Part shown: one piece after another, positions 26,349 to 37,541 of the stretch
Position numbering within the stretch: position 1 is the stretch's first letter
How the letters are laid out: every line of letters starts with the position of its first letter
Assembly: GCA_020891255.1 (NCBI GenBank)
Contig: BQFW01000007.1
Coordinates: forward strand, 1,860,001 to 1,924,000
DNA from: Entomortierella parvispora E1425
Lineage: Eukaryota > Fungi > Mortierellomycota
DNA length: 64,000 bases
Direction of reading: 5' to 3'
The notes under the pieces: generated by a model
What the model was told of the DNA's origin: nothing
Databases searched by the model: none
Seen by the model: only the letters and a program-made list of their open reading frames with translations
Position numbers and translations under genes: made by a program

Positions 26349-29300
26349 AGAGTATTTGAAGGCTGTCGTCAATAAATGAGCTGGCTGTGAAGGGGCTCTG
26401 CATGATTATCTTGTCGAGAGAATAAGGCAAAAAATGTCCCACGGGAGAGTCTTGGATTTCGTGTTTGTGACTTTGTGTTATCAACCGAAAGCAATTGGAG
26501 ACCGACAGATGAGTCCATGCTTGACCAACCTTGCTGCCCAAGGTTAGCGTGCGAGAGAGATCTGCTACAGTCTCAAAACGGCAATTGGCCGCACTGGGTT
26601 CGCTCAGAAAAACAGAAAAAAAAAATTGGGCACAATCCCGGTAATGACATCAAATCACCCCCCCACTTCCAGACAACAGCCCACGTCTGGGCAAAGAGGA
26701 GCGGGTTGCACAGACCGAGTGCCTTGCTCTGACCCACCTCTCTTCTGCTTCTCCTCATTCTTCCAGGGCTGTTCTCTAATAATACGTGGTTGTGATGGCC
26801 AGCCGTGCAAAATAAATGTCTTGGCTGCATCAAGTATTTTTACTATCATTACCTCTACGCCAATGTCTCCGAGAAGGGGTGCAAAGCTGGAAGATGCATG
26901 TCGACGGCTGATGGCCTGTGTGTCCATCTGTGCCTGTGCTGTTATTGTTGGCCTGTGTTGTTGGCTGCGTCGGTGAAGTGCACATGTGTTGGCTGCAGGT
27001 AGACAAAAAAGAACAAGAGTTGCTGCGCGCTCTTACCGCAAACTCACCATCTGACAAAGCCGAAAAAAAGAGGTCCGCACAGTCAGTCTGTTTGTCGGTC
27101 ATCAATTGACAACAAACAGAGACATACAACTTTGAGCAAAGATTTTTCTTTTGAGTGTTCGGCGCAGTCTTCGGTTTCTCGGAGAGAACAGCTTCTTTAT
27201 ATAATCCCTCGAGGGGACGTGGGTTGTGTTTTGTATTCACGCACATGCATTTGACATATTTCTCTCTTTTTCTTTCCTTCCCTCTCGGCCTTCTTTTTTT
27301 TACTCCCTCCTTCCCACTCTTGCTCATTGTCCATCTTTACACCACTCCATCAACTCCCTCCGTCCCTCTTTTTCTCACCGCGATATGTAAGTAATATGCC
27401 AGGTTTTTTCTTTTCTTCCTCGATCGTTGCATATTGCCTGTTTGCTGTCCTGGCCAGTCGCAACGACTGCAAACTCGATCTTCCCTCCCTCTTTTTTGTA
27501 TATTCCATCTTCATGTTGCTCTTTACATCATCTTGCGCCATGATGGCAGCTGTGTATTCAGGGAGGCCACAAAAAACTCTTTTTTTTTTGTTTTATTTTC
27601 GGTACTGAAGAAAGTGAATAATTTTCGGCATTTCTGAAATCCCGGATGCTTGTTGTGAAAGACAGTGCCTTGCCCCCTCTCGCGCGCTAGCCTTCACCGG
27701 CGTGATCCTTGAGGGCTACATGCTCGCTTGTTGAATGAATTTCGAGGGGATGAGGGTGAGGAGGAATGGAGGACAAAGGAGAGAGAAGGGGAGAAAGGGG
27801 TGGTCGTGGAAGAAAGATGCTCATCCCGCCTTGGAGATCTTGAGGCGTAACATTTACCCGCGTGCAGGAACTGAGGAAGGCGCGGAGGAGAGAGCGAGAG
27901 GGAAGAGAAGAATTGAAGTACTTCACCTGGAACCAGCCCAAATGACGAGGGCGACCGTGTTTGTTTGAAAATCAGCTGTGGCATGTGTCTCTTTGGTCGA
28001 AAATAAAAACAAAGCGTCCATGGGGTCAGAGGAAGGGGATGCTGGACGCCCAATCGGAACTCTCCAGCAATGAAAATGAACGAAATCGAACAAGAGCTTT
28101 TTGTTCACAATTGCTCACTCTGGCATTTTCTCAAGGCTCGCATGTCGTTCTTTCTCTTTTGTCTGTTTGGCTTCGGGATCGCTTGCCGAAGCAGCACAGA
28201 GACTGGACGTGCAGCAAGGCAAGGTTGGACAGAAAAAGGGATGCATTGAGGTGTGTATTGTGGAACAAGAGGCATGCATTGCATGGCTTTTTTTTTTTCT
28301 TTATTTTTTTTTTTTTTTGTTATTTCTCGCGTTTCGTGATGATTCTTTCTTCAAAGTGTCTGTGTGCTCTGCTTTGGTAATTGCATGCGTCTTGAGGAAA
28401 GGAGGAAAAAATCGTTTTTTTCATTATGCACGGCACGAGCTCGGTGCTTTGCCATGCAGAAAGTGAAGGAGAAGAGTGGAAAGAAACGTGTCTTCCTGTT
28501 TGTCCCTTGTTTTCCCCCAGTGGAAAGGATGCATGGGAGGGTGGGAGGGTTGGGCAAAGGGGCAGAGAAGAAAGGGAGAGAACAGGGAAGGAAGGAGGAA
28601 CCACGATCCATTGCGCTTTTGCACAGCAACAACGCGAAGTAAAGACTCTTTATCTTCGTCGCCATCGCCGCGGGGCGGCTCTCACAGTCTCCTGTTCGTT
28701 CGTCCGTCTCCTTCAACTCGTCATTCATTCGTTCGTTCTACGAAATGCCACCACGCGTCGTTTGTCCTGCTCATTTCGCGTGGCTTCATTGGACTCCTGC
28801 ACTCAACGGATCGAGTGGACGAACGGGCCTGGACCCCCCTTCCTTTCCGTCGTTTCCTCCTTCTCCCCTTCGCCCCTTCCTCTGTTCCTGCGATGGGATG
28901 GGATGGATGGTTGAGATGTGGCTCTGACCCCTGCCTGCACACTGTTATCGTCATTCCCCTGGAAGATCTTGCTTCCTTCCTCTTCCTTTCGTGTCGTGTC
29001 CACACGCCCTCTCTTCCCTTTTGTGCATGTTTTTTTTCCATTTTTGTGCCCTTCCTTTGTTTGCTCATCACCCATTCTCTCATTCTTGCACTCTTTTGAT
29101 TCAGACACTCGATTCAGTCATTCATCCTCATCCCAACATCCTTCTCATTCACTTTCTCCCTTCACACACACTCTCTCTATCTAGCCATCCTTCACTCGGA
29201 AAACCACTTCGGCCTCACCAACCCTCTTTTTTAATTTTTCCGGACCACCGCACACACCTCCACTTGCACAGCCTCCACCTTTCTTTCTCCTCCCTCTGTC

Positions 29301-30084
29301 CAATCGCCTCCGACTCTATCTCATCGTTCACGACCAGCTCTTTTGCCCTCGGTTTACCAACACTGTTGTCCATGTGAGTACCCAGAGCTCCCTCCTCCAT
29401 GCACCCAACCAACTGCTGCGTCCTTCCTTTCAGAGCGATTCCGGTTCTCTTTAGCAGGGTCCGGAAGGGGCCTGCCTCCTGCGGGGCTGCGGGCCTGCAT
29501 GCCCGAACCTTGTCTTTGCGGTCAATCCATTCCCCGACCAGCAGGAGAACCCTTTTTTGTTCATTTACCGGCCTCTTCGGCTTGCCTTTGTCAGTTGGCC
29601 ATCGCCCTTGCCTGCTCCACCTGCTTGGTGACCTCCCCCTCCTACTCTCCGTTCCTTTTCTCCTTGATATTCCGTCCGCTTTTCCTGGCCCCCATATCCT
29701 TCAGTAAAATTAATTGGCCAATGGTGAACGCCATTTGCGCTAGCGTTGTCGTGTTCGGTCCTACCTTCTCTTTCACCACCCACTGCCCAGCCCTTGGCGC
29801 GTGCATTTTTATTTTATTATTATCTTTTATTTTGTGTTTCTTCAGATCTTTGTTCCAGTTTGTCCAGGTCTAGATCCTGGTCTTCCCAAATTTGAGAACA
29901 CCGGTTTCTTTTTCAGCGCCAGGCACCGGCCGGATCTTATTTTCTTTTTCTTTTTTTCCTTTGCTTTTGACTTTATCGTGGCGGGGATCAGACTTGATCC
30001 AAGAACTGTCTTGTCCGCCAGGAAGCGCGGGAAAAGTAACAGCGGCGGACAAAGATCAAGAGTCACTGACTGACACGGCATCAG

Positions 30085-30106
30085 GGGGCCCAGCTTTCTG
30101 GGCCCC
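30085..30106. other. Perfect 9-bp GC-rich hairpin (GGGGCCCAG-CTTT-CTGGGCCCC)
   Basis: Inverted repeat read directly from the sequence, in the long region upstream of the 31059 ORF. Function unknown. Confidence 0.6.
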
Positions 30107-31058
30107 AGCTCTTCATCTTGCTCCCCTTATGTTACCTCCACAGACACATACACAAACATACACAGACACATACACACATCCCACAAGCTTTTCAATTGCT
30201 CTCAAAGTTGCATTACGTTCTCTTTCCTTCCACTTTGTTGTTACTTGTTGTTGTTTGTTGGCCGAGAGATGGTCCTTGTGGACAACAAAACATAGTCTTC
30301 TTTTGCCCGTGATATTGGCTGAGGTCGCAACCATGTCCTGAATCGTATCCAAACCCCAGTTCATTACCTCGACAATCCGTTTTGCATAGTGGGAATGTGC
30401 AACAATTTCTTTTTTACCACCCCTCTCTTTCCTTCTCCTTTTACAGGATCTTTGAGCTTCGCCCTCCGCTCCTTAATCATCCATCCATCGATCAATTCAT
30501 TTCTTGACCCCAAAAAAGTACCAGCCACCTTCTCCCTCGTCAGATCCTATCTGTTTTCTTGGACGCAGTTGCGATGGGACACAATGCAAAACATGCAAGG
30601 TGATACCTTCTCATCTGGATGGTTTTTGTCCCTTGAATGCCTCCCATCAACCCATCTTCACCCACCTTTTTTTTCTTTGTTTGTCACCCTGGACACAAAA
30701 TATGAACGTGAAGGATGGAATAAGGACATCCTGGGGCTCTCTGTGCGCAGTGTTTGGATTAAATGAACGCTTTTTTTTTTTTTTGCTTTTGACGTTTGGG
30801 TCCCACAAAGACAACAACAGCCCTCTTTCAATATCCATCATGCTGCTCTGTTCCTTAATTAACTCTTTCCTTTCCTTCTGCTGCATAGACTGACCAAAAT
30901 ACCATTACCGACAAACAAAGAAAATAACGACGCTCGAACGCCCTTCTTCCTCATCCTACCATCGCCCTCTGATCCAAACATACTCTTTGTTTCCACTTGA
31001 TCTGTCCCAGTCAAACAATCACGAAGCAAACAAAAAAAAGGAGAGTTAACAAAGACCG

Positions 31059-33008
31059 ATGGCCACAGAGACGGTCATATACGTGTCACTGGCGTTGGTG
31101 CTGTTGACACGGATCTATGTGTTTATCAACCCACCAGAGTTTTTGGAGGAACATAAAGATCGGCGGTACCACGAGTACCATCTTTACCGACAATATCATT
31201 TGCACAAACAATACGACCCACTGGAGGACGGGAACGGAACGGATTCAAAATCAAGCGACGATGATCAACCTTCGCTCTTGACCTCTGATGGCATTCTTCC
31301 TTTCCAACAACAACAACTACAAGAGCCACAAGGTCCCGAACGCAAGAACTCAAAGGGACTAGGATCAACGACAGCAGGGCTGGAGAACCTCCACAATCTG
31401 TCGGACGAGCTGGTTCTTTTAGGAATGGGCCCTGGATCTCGACCCTTTCCTCTACATGAACTCTCGACAGAGACCCTGTCCAAGCTGGATACCTCAATAA
31501 CAGCACCCATGGGACCGACCTCCTCTTCCTCTTCGTCGGCAATATCACCCAGGCGAGAGCAAGATCTTTGGAAACAAATCATCTTTTCCAACGAGGCTAA
31601 ATCTGTCCCGAATTTCCTGTCCCTGGATATTTCAGAGATCCATTACAATGGACCGCTGGAAGAGAGGTTTGACTCGGACAAGGAGGTCCAACGTGCCATT
31701 CAGGAGCTTCAAAATGGTCAAAGAGAGATGGCCAAGGAATGCCCCGTCATGACTGTGGTGTGGGAAGGAGGTCGATGGTGTTGTTTAGAGGGTCGAGCCC
31801 TTTATATTATGAGAGCACTGCAATGGAAAGGTCAGGTTCGGGTTCGAGTCTTGGTTGACAAGGACCCAACCCTGTTGGCAGTTACTGAGGATTGTTGGAG
31901 AGCAGCGGGTATGACCGCCTTGGATACTTCTTCATCGACACCATCATCTTCATCTTCCTCATCCTCCTCAATACCAGCGACCTCATCCTCTGCGCAATCG
32001 ATCTTGGCGTCCAGTCCAAGGATGGCCTCTCCCGTGGCCCCGGTAGCCACCTCAAAAGTGGACAGAACTCCGTTCTCGGCCGCCATTGCTCAACCGACAA
32101 ATGCAACGGACCGAACCGTTAGCCTTGGACTTGGTCTGGATGAAGATCTGGTGGATCTCCATCACCATCACCATCTCTCATCATTCTCACAAAACGAAGG
32201 GGACGTCCACTCTCCACGGACGCTGTCCAAAGTGCGATTCAGTGTCTTGGCTGCTGACCAGCCACTGCTCCAAGGACAGCTCTCTCAGCCTTCGTTGCCG
32301 GGGTCTCCTACTGGCCATGACGCCGATGACGAAAAGGACGATGAAGACGATGACGATTTGGAGGACGAGACTATTGAGAGCGATGGTTATATGGAAGATG
32401 ACGAGGAGGAGACTGAAGATGAAGACGATCTTCTCCCGTCAGAAGCAAGGGATACCCTTGATTCAAGGACTGCTCCCTTTCCTCCCACTGGGTTTGGCCG
32501 TCGTCTGCAGATAGATCCTCGGCCCTCACGGCCAGAAAGAAGAGGCACCCGAGTCCTCGCCCTTCCCTCCAGACTTGTCCGCCCACCTCTTCCCAGTTCT
32601 TCCACCGCCTCTCCCATCCTTGGCTCTTTTTTCTCGGCCGTGTCGATTCAAGATGAAGACGAGGCCAACAATTCCGATCTGACGGTTGTCTCCCTACCTC
32701 AGTCCCCTGCACTCTTGCCAATCAACGCATCGTCGAACCTGTCTTCATCTTCCTCCATGGGAGTAAAGGCAAAGGCGAAAGCATTCGGTCGGCAAGAGAG
32801 CTCTTTGAAGCCCTTGACCTCTCAAGGTCCCCTGCACCATCATTCTCATCATCACCATGAACGCAAGATTTCTATCCCTGAATTTCTGTTGCCTCCACCT
32901 GGATTGGCTCTGGAACAGGAATATCTGATCTTGGATCCTAGCCATGACAGCAATACCAGGCGTGACAACCCCCCGCGTCGTGATAGCGGCCACGGCGACA
33001 CCCCTTGA
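31059..33008 (+). CDS. Uncharacterised 649-aa single-exon protein: N-terminal signal anchor, ParB/Srx-like domain (about aa 185-270), long acidic/Ser-rich disordered tail
   Basis: Long ORF with hydrophobic N-terminus (VIYVSLALVLLTRIYVFI). Segment LSLDISEIHYNGPLEERF...IQELQNG...CPVMTVVWEGGRWCCLEGRALYIMRAL resembles ParB-like nuclease-fold proteins (recalled pattern, not searched). Confidence 0.7.
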   Translation: MATETVIYVSLALVLLTRIYVFINPPEFLEEHKDRRYHEYHLYRQYHLHKQYDPLEDGNGTDSKSSDDDQPSLLTSDGILPFQQQQLQEPQGPERKNSKGLGSTTAGLENLHNLSDELVLLGMGPGSRPFPLHELSTETLSKLDTSITAPMGPTSSSSSSAISPRREQDLWKQIIFSNEAKSVPNFLSLDISEIHYNGPLEERFDSDKEVQRAIQELQNGQREMAKECPVMTVVWEGGRWCCLEGRALYIMRALQWKGQVRVRVLVDKDPTLLAVTEDCWRAAGMTALDTSSSTPSSSSSSSSSIPATSSSAQSILASSPRMASPVAPVATSKVDRTPFSAAIAQPTNATDRTVSLGLGLDEDLVDLHHHHHLSSFSQNEGDVHSPRTLSKVRFSVLAADQPLLQGQLSQPSLPGSPTGHDADDEKDDEDDDDLEDETIESDGYMEDDEEETEDEDDLLPSEARDTLDSRTAPFPPTGFGRRLQIDPRPSRPERRGTRVLALPSRLVRPPLPSSSTASPILGSFFSAVSIQDEDEANNSDLTVVSLPQSPALLPINASSNLSSSSSMGVKAKAKAFGRQESSLKPLTSQGPLHHHSHHHHERKISIPEFLLPPPGLALEQEYLILDPSHDSNTRRDNPPRRDSGHGDTP

Positions 33009-33267
33009 TACCCTCTTTGTCCATAGCCAAAAAAACAAAAAACAAAAAAAAATATTAAAAAAACAGATACCCATTCCATTCTAACTGCCAGTGCTTGACG
33101 AAATCATGAATGGCCCATCCCTCCCATGCAGCTAGACAGAAGCACACGAAAACTAGATGTTGATGTTTGTGTGTGTGTTTATGTGTGAAAATGGTTCTAC
33201 ATATTTAATCCGCGCCTGCCCTTCGTTTCATCGTCGTCCTGCTTTTACTGCTGTCCATCAAAGACTT

Positions 33268-35579
33268 TTACTCCATTCCGTTGTCAGCCTTCAACGAAGA
33301 TCGGCCAGCTAGAGGTGAAAAAGAGAGTTCTATGAGTAAACCAATAAATACCAACCATGGACCCATTCCAACATAGATAAAATCGACAAGAAAACTTACC
33401 ACGCATCATTTCATCGACAAGCAAAAAGTTGGTGGCAATGACGGAGGCGTTCTGCATCATGTTGCGGATAACGCGGTAGTTATCCCAGATACCCTCAGCA
33501 ATGGGATCCAAGGTCTCGCCTGACTGGAGATCAACACCGACAATGTGGCCCTCCTCGTACTCTTCTTGCATTGTCACAATAACGTCCATTGGGTCGAATC
33601 CTCCGTTGGTGGCAAGGGTCTTGGGGATGACCAAAACACCCTCAGCGAACGATGTGATACCAGCCTTCACGCGACCCTTCACAGAGTCCTTGAACTTCAA
33701 CAAATGTGAGTGAAGGGCAATCTGGAAGGCACCAGCGCCCGGTACGACGCTACCATCCTCCAAAGTGTTCTTGACGGCGCGAAGACCATCACGGATGGCA
33801 TCCTTAGTCTGGTGGATAGTGTGGGGGTTGGGTCCTATACATGTCAAGAAAAAATATCAATCATCTGTTCTAGCAGAGTCCGCCTCCATATCTATGACAA
33901 GCCATTTGTTGCAAATATAACCTACCCTTGATCAGAATGGTTGATGACATGGGCTCCTTGACATCCTCAACAAAGGTAAACTTCTCCTCGCCCAAGGTGT
34001 GCTCGTAAATCTTGCCAGCCCATCCGAGAACATCGGGTGAGAGATCATCGACAGAGTTCTGTGCAATACCTCCGCAAATCAACTGCATACGCTCCATGTT
34101 TCTTCTCTTGGCACGTCTGAGGGCCAAGATGCCGTTCTTGGCGAGCACATCGAGCGAGAGGGGATCAATACCCTTCTGGTTGATGATCACGAAGCCCTTC
34201 TTGGAATCGCCGCAGACCAGACGCTTCAACTCGACAATCTTCTTCAACTTCTCGTCCACAAACTTGCGCTCAGACTCGACCAGCTTTTCTCTTTGCTCAG
34301 CAGAGCTGTAGAAGAATCCAGAGTTGACCTCGCTCTTCTCATACTCCAAGGAAACATTCAAGGTCAAAACAAAAGCATCAGTGACCATCTTGGGCATGTC
34401 AGGGTGTCTGGCACCGTGATCCATGACCAATCCACGGACGAGACGGGTATCGGTCTCGCTCCTGTGCTGCATCGCCATAATCTCAACCATGTGCAAATCG
34501 ATGGGCTCGTTCTCGCGGTAGATTGTCAAAACCGCATCCACAACAGCCTCAGTGAGAGTATCAGCCAAGGCGCGGTGAACCTTTGTGCGGAGGGAAGTAC
34601 GAGCAACAGAGAGAAGCAACTCGCGATCAATCTCCTTCTTGATGGCAAAGCTGTCCAAGAACTATATTCAAGTGCAATCAATCATTGAAGTTAGCACGGG
34701 AGGGAGGGAAGAGGTCCTGAGGAATCAAAGCATATAATTCTCGCCAATGTTGCCTTGATCCGATCGCCTGATCCAGAAGAAAACTTACGACAAGGGACTC
34801 CTTCTTGGCAAGCTCAAAGCCCTCTGTGATAATACGGGGATGGAGACCCTCAGCAATGTGACGCTCAGCCTGTCTCATGAACTCTCCGACGAGCATGACG
34901 ATCGACGTGGTACCGTCTCCTGTAATCTCATCCTGAGCTGTAGCAGTGCGAGCAATCATGGCTGCAGTAGGGTTTTGGATTTGCTATGAGTTTGTGTCAA
35001 CGGTAGGGAGGTTAGAGACCATACGCTGGGAGGAAAGAGCCAGATCTGACCAAGTGGTCACCACATTGTCCATATCTATTACCATCTCGCTCAAAAGGAC
35101 CTTTCCATCCTTGGTGAGCTTGATATCTCCAGCACCGCTGACCAACATCTTGATGGTTCCCTTGGGGCCGAGGTTGGAGCGGACAACCTCCATGAGGCCG
35201 ACGGCACCATTGATGTTCAACTGCAAAGCCTGTCCACGACGGGCGACCTCCGAGTTGGGGTTAATGAGAGAGACGGCAGATCCTCCAGACCTAATCAAAA
35301 GACAATGCCAGTGTCAGTCAAGCGATGAAGTTTACTGCAGCTGGTGTGTCCTAGCAAGATGATGCTGCTTGGTCGAGAATGAGGAGGCTTGATAGTCTGT
35401 GTTCGAGATCATGGTTGTTTTGTCACGGCATTGAGTGCAATGCAGTCCAGTTTTGTCCAGTTTTGTTTTCTCGAGTTGTCACGCAACAAACGACAATTCA
35501 GGTGCAAAGTTAAGTCCTTGTTCCTGACGAATGAGTCCATGTGAGGAGGAGGAGGAGGTGCGAAGAAGCGCACTTACAT
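33268..35579 (-). CDS. CCT6: T-complex protein 1 subunit zeta (chaperonin CCT6)
   Basis: [100 protein letters not shown]-terminal AGRSSLK. The first exon contributes only AT of the ATG. Confidence 0.97.
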
Positions 35580-35837
35580 AGTGATGGGATTGATGAGGGG
35601 ATGAGAGGGAGGGAGGGATGAGGGGATGATGGAGGAAGAGATGAGATGAGAGAAGCGAAAAATGAACGCAGCAGTTGATCAGCCTCCGCCCGTCAACGCG
35701 GCGAGAGAGCGCAACACACCCAAAAGCTTCACAGCCAGCACACGTCCCCCTCGTATTCCTTCTGAAGAGTTCTTTGCTTCAAATCTGCTCGAGCGCGGTG
35801 CTCTTTTCTTCTCCCTTCGCAAATGCTGCGTGGTAGT

Positions 35838-35871
35838 ATCACGTGATGATAGATCGCGATGGATCACGTGA
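35838..35871. promoter_or_regulatory. Paired palindromic E-box (ATCACGTGA) sites flanking an ATCGCGAT palindrome in the CCT6/AUR1 divergent promoter
   Basis: ATCACGTGAT at 35838-35847, ATCGCGAT at 35853-35860 and ATCACGTGA at 35863-35871. CACGTG is the canonical bHLH (Cbf1/Pho4/SREBP-type) core. Confidence 0.45.
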
Positions 35872-37541
35872 GGGAGCAATGTGTCGTCGTTGTAGATATG
35901 ACCCATGCATATGCTGCATCTACTCATTCACTCTTTTTTCCCTCGCCCACAAAAACCGGATTTTTCGCATTGTTCCGCTGCGCGGTCTGATCAAGTTTTT
36001 TTTCTTCTTTGCTTGCTTCAATCTTCGGTGCCACCAGACGGCGCCACCTTTTACCGGCAAACTCCTTCGTTTTTGTGTTTTTCAGGCCTTTCCGAGACTG
36101 GCCGCTCTTTTCTGCCCTCCCTATCCAATTGCTCGGCATATGACTTTTGTTGTTGTGATGCACTTGTTGAGAATGCTCCTGCACCATGGCTCGAGGATAG
36201 GGGTCTTTTCAAGGCAGATCTTGTCATGAGGCATCACAGGGGGCGGTTCTGTCGAGAACCCCAGGTCGTGGTGGAATTCCACGATTCTGTTGGCATTGTT
36301 GGGCAGTGAACATCGCTTTGCTTACTCTTGTTTTTGTGGAGAGACAACTGTCTTTCAGAGTAGACCATAAAAGTCAAAAACACATCTTTGGTGCCGCCAA
36401 GGACTCAACGATTGTTTGTTGGCCTTCATCATCTCGTGGGTGGACAACGACATATGTAAGAAAGGAAAGAAGACCAAGTCGTGTGTGTTGTGTCTTCATC
36501 GGGTGTTTTGTAGTGCCGCATCTTGTTATCAGTGCACTCTGAATCCACTCGCCGTGAAACTCAAAAATGAGCAGGGGACGAGAAAACAATCTTCCGAAGA
36601 CTAGGTAACAAGATTGGCAGCTCAAACCACCACCCCCTTCCCCTGCGCTCTGCGCAGACAGACAGTGAACAGACTGTCATTCTCTCACTTCATCACTCCA
36701 TTGGCATTACGTATCTCTGTGGATGGAACATGCGGGAGAAAGACCAAAAAAAAACCTGCCATGCAGGCAAGAACAGCAATTGAAGGACGACAGATGGAAA
36801 CCATAGCTCAAAGTATAAAGAAAACATCAACAAAGTGAAAGTTGAGCTTTACTCTGCCAAAAGTGGTCAAGTTCAAAGAAAAAGTCTTGAAAAAACAAGA
36901 CAAAAAAGTTTACGCGGGTGGAGTTTGATTGTTGACAAAGAGTCCCAAGCATGCCCTTGAGAAAAGAGATGGGGACCCGGTTGCACATTGTGTACCGAGG
37001 AGGATGGCTCTCCCCTGGCGGACGCGAGAGAAGAACTAAACCAGACTACGCAGTCGATCCAGACGAGCCTAGGCGCGGCAAACAGGAAACACCCACGGCC
37101 AGGAAGACCAGGAAGGGGCAATTTGTCACCGTACTGAATCAATGATACTATTGTATTCAATCGCCCTGCGGAACCACGGCACAGACAACTGACTCTTCAC
37201 ATAAAGGAAACTCGCCGAGCGTGATTCCTTTCTCTTTCTTCCCCACTCCTTGCACACATTCGCATCCATCACCCATCCATCCGTCCATTCCATTCTATTC
37301 ATCTATTCGTTCCTTTTCCTCCTTTTCCTCTTCCTTCTCTTCCTCCCCTTACAAACGAGTGCACAACGTGGACCTTTCTCTTTCCTCCCACCTGTGTCTC
37401 ATTTCGTCTCCAAAACCACCGTCACTTTTTTCACTCTCTCGTCTCGTTTCCCTCTGCCACGGTCTCGAGTTGTCCTTCCTTGACTGGCGCTTCTCCCCTC
37501 TTACCTCCCCTCCTTCCACACGCACCTCCATCGGTTCCACC

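Noticed and set aside
26400-30900. Many 60-200 aa ORFs in the long intergenic region
   Set aside because: Phe/Leu/Ser- or Lys/Arg/Glu-biased translations of CT/GA-rich low-complexity DNA, with no domains or consistent splice-linked frame.
35291-35577. snoRNA or a 15-nt microexon (GACACACCAGCTGCA) in CCT6 intron 1
   Set aside because: No C/D box pair was found. The microexon would leave a downstream intron of only about 45 nt, shorter than the others here.
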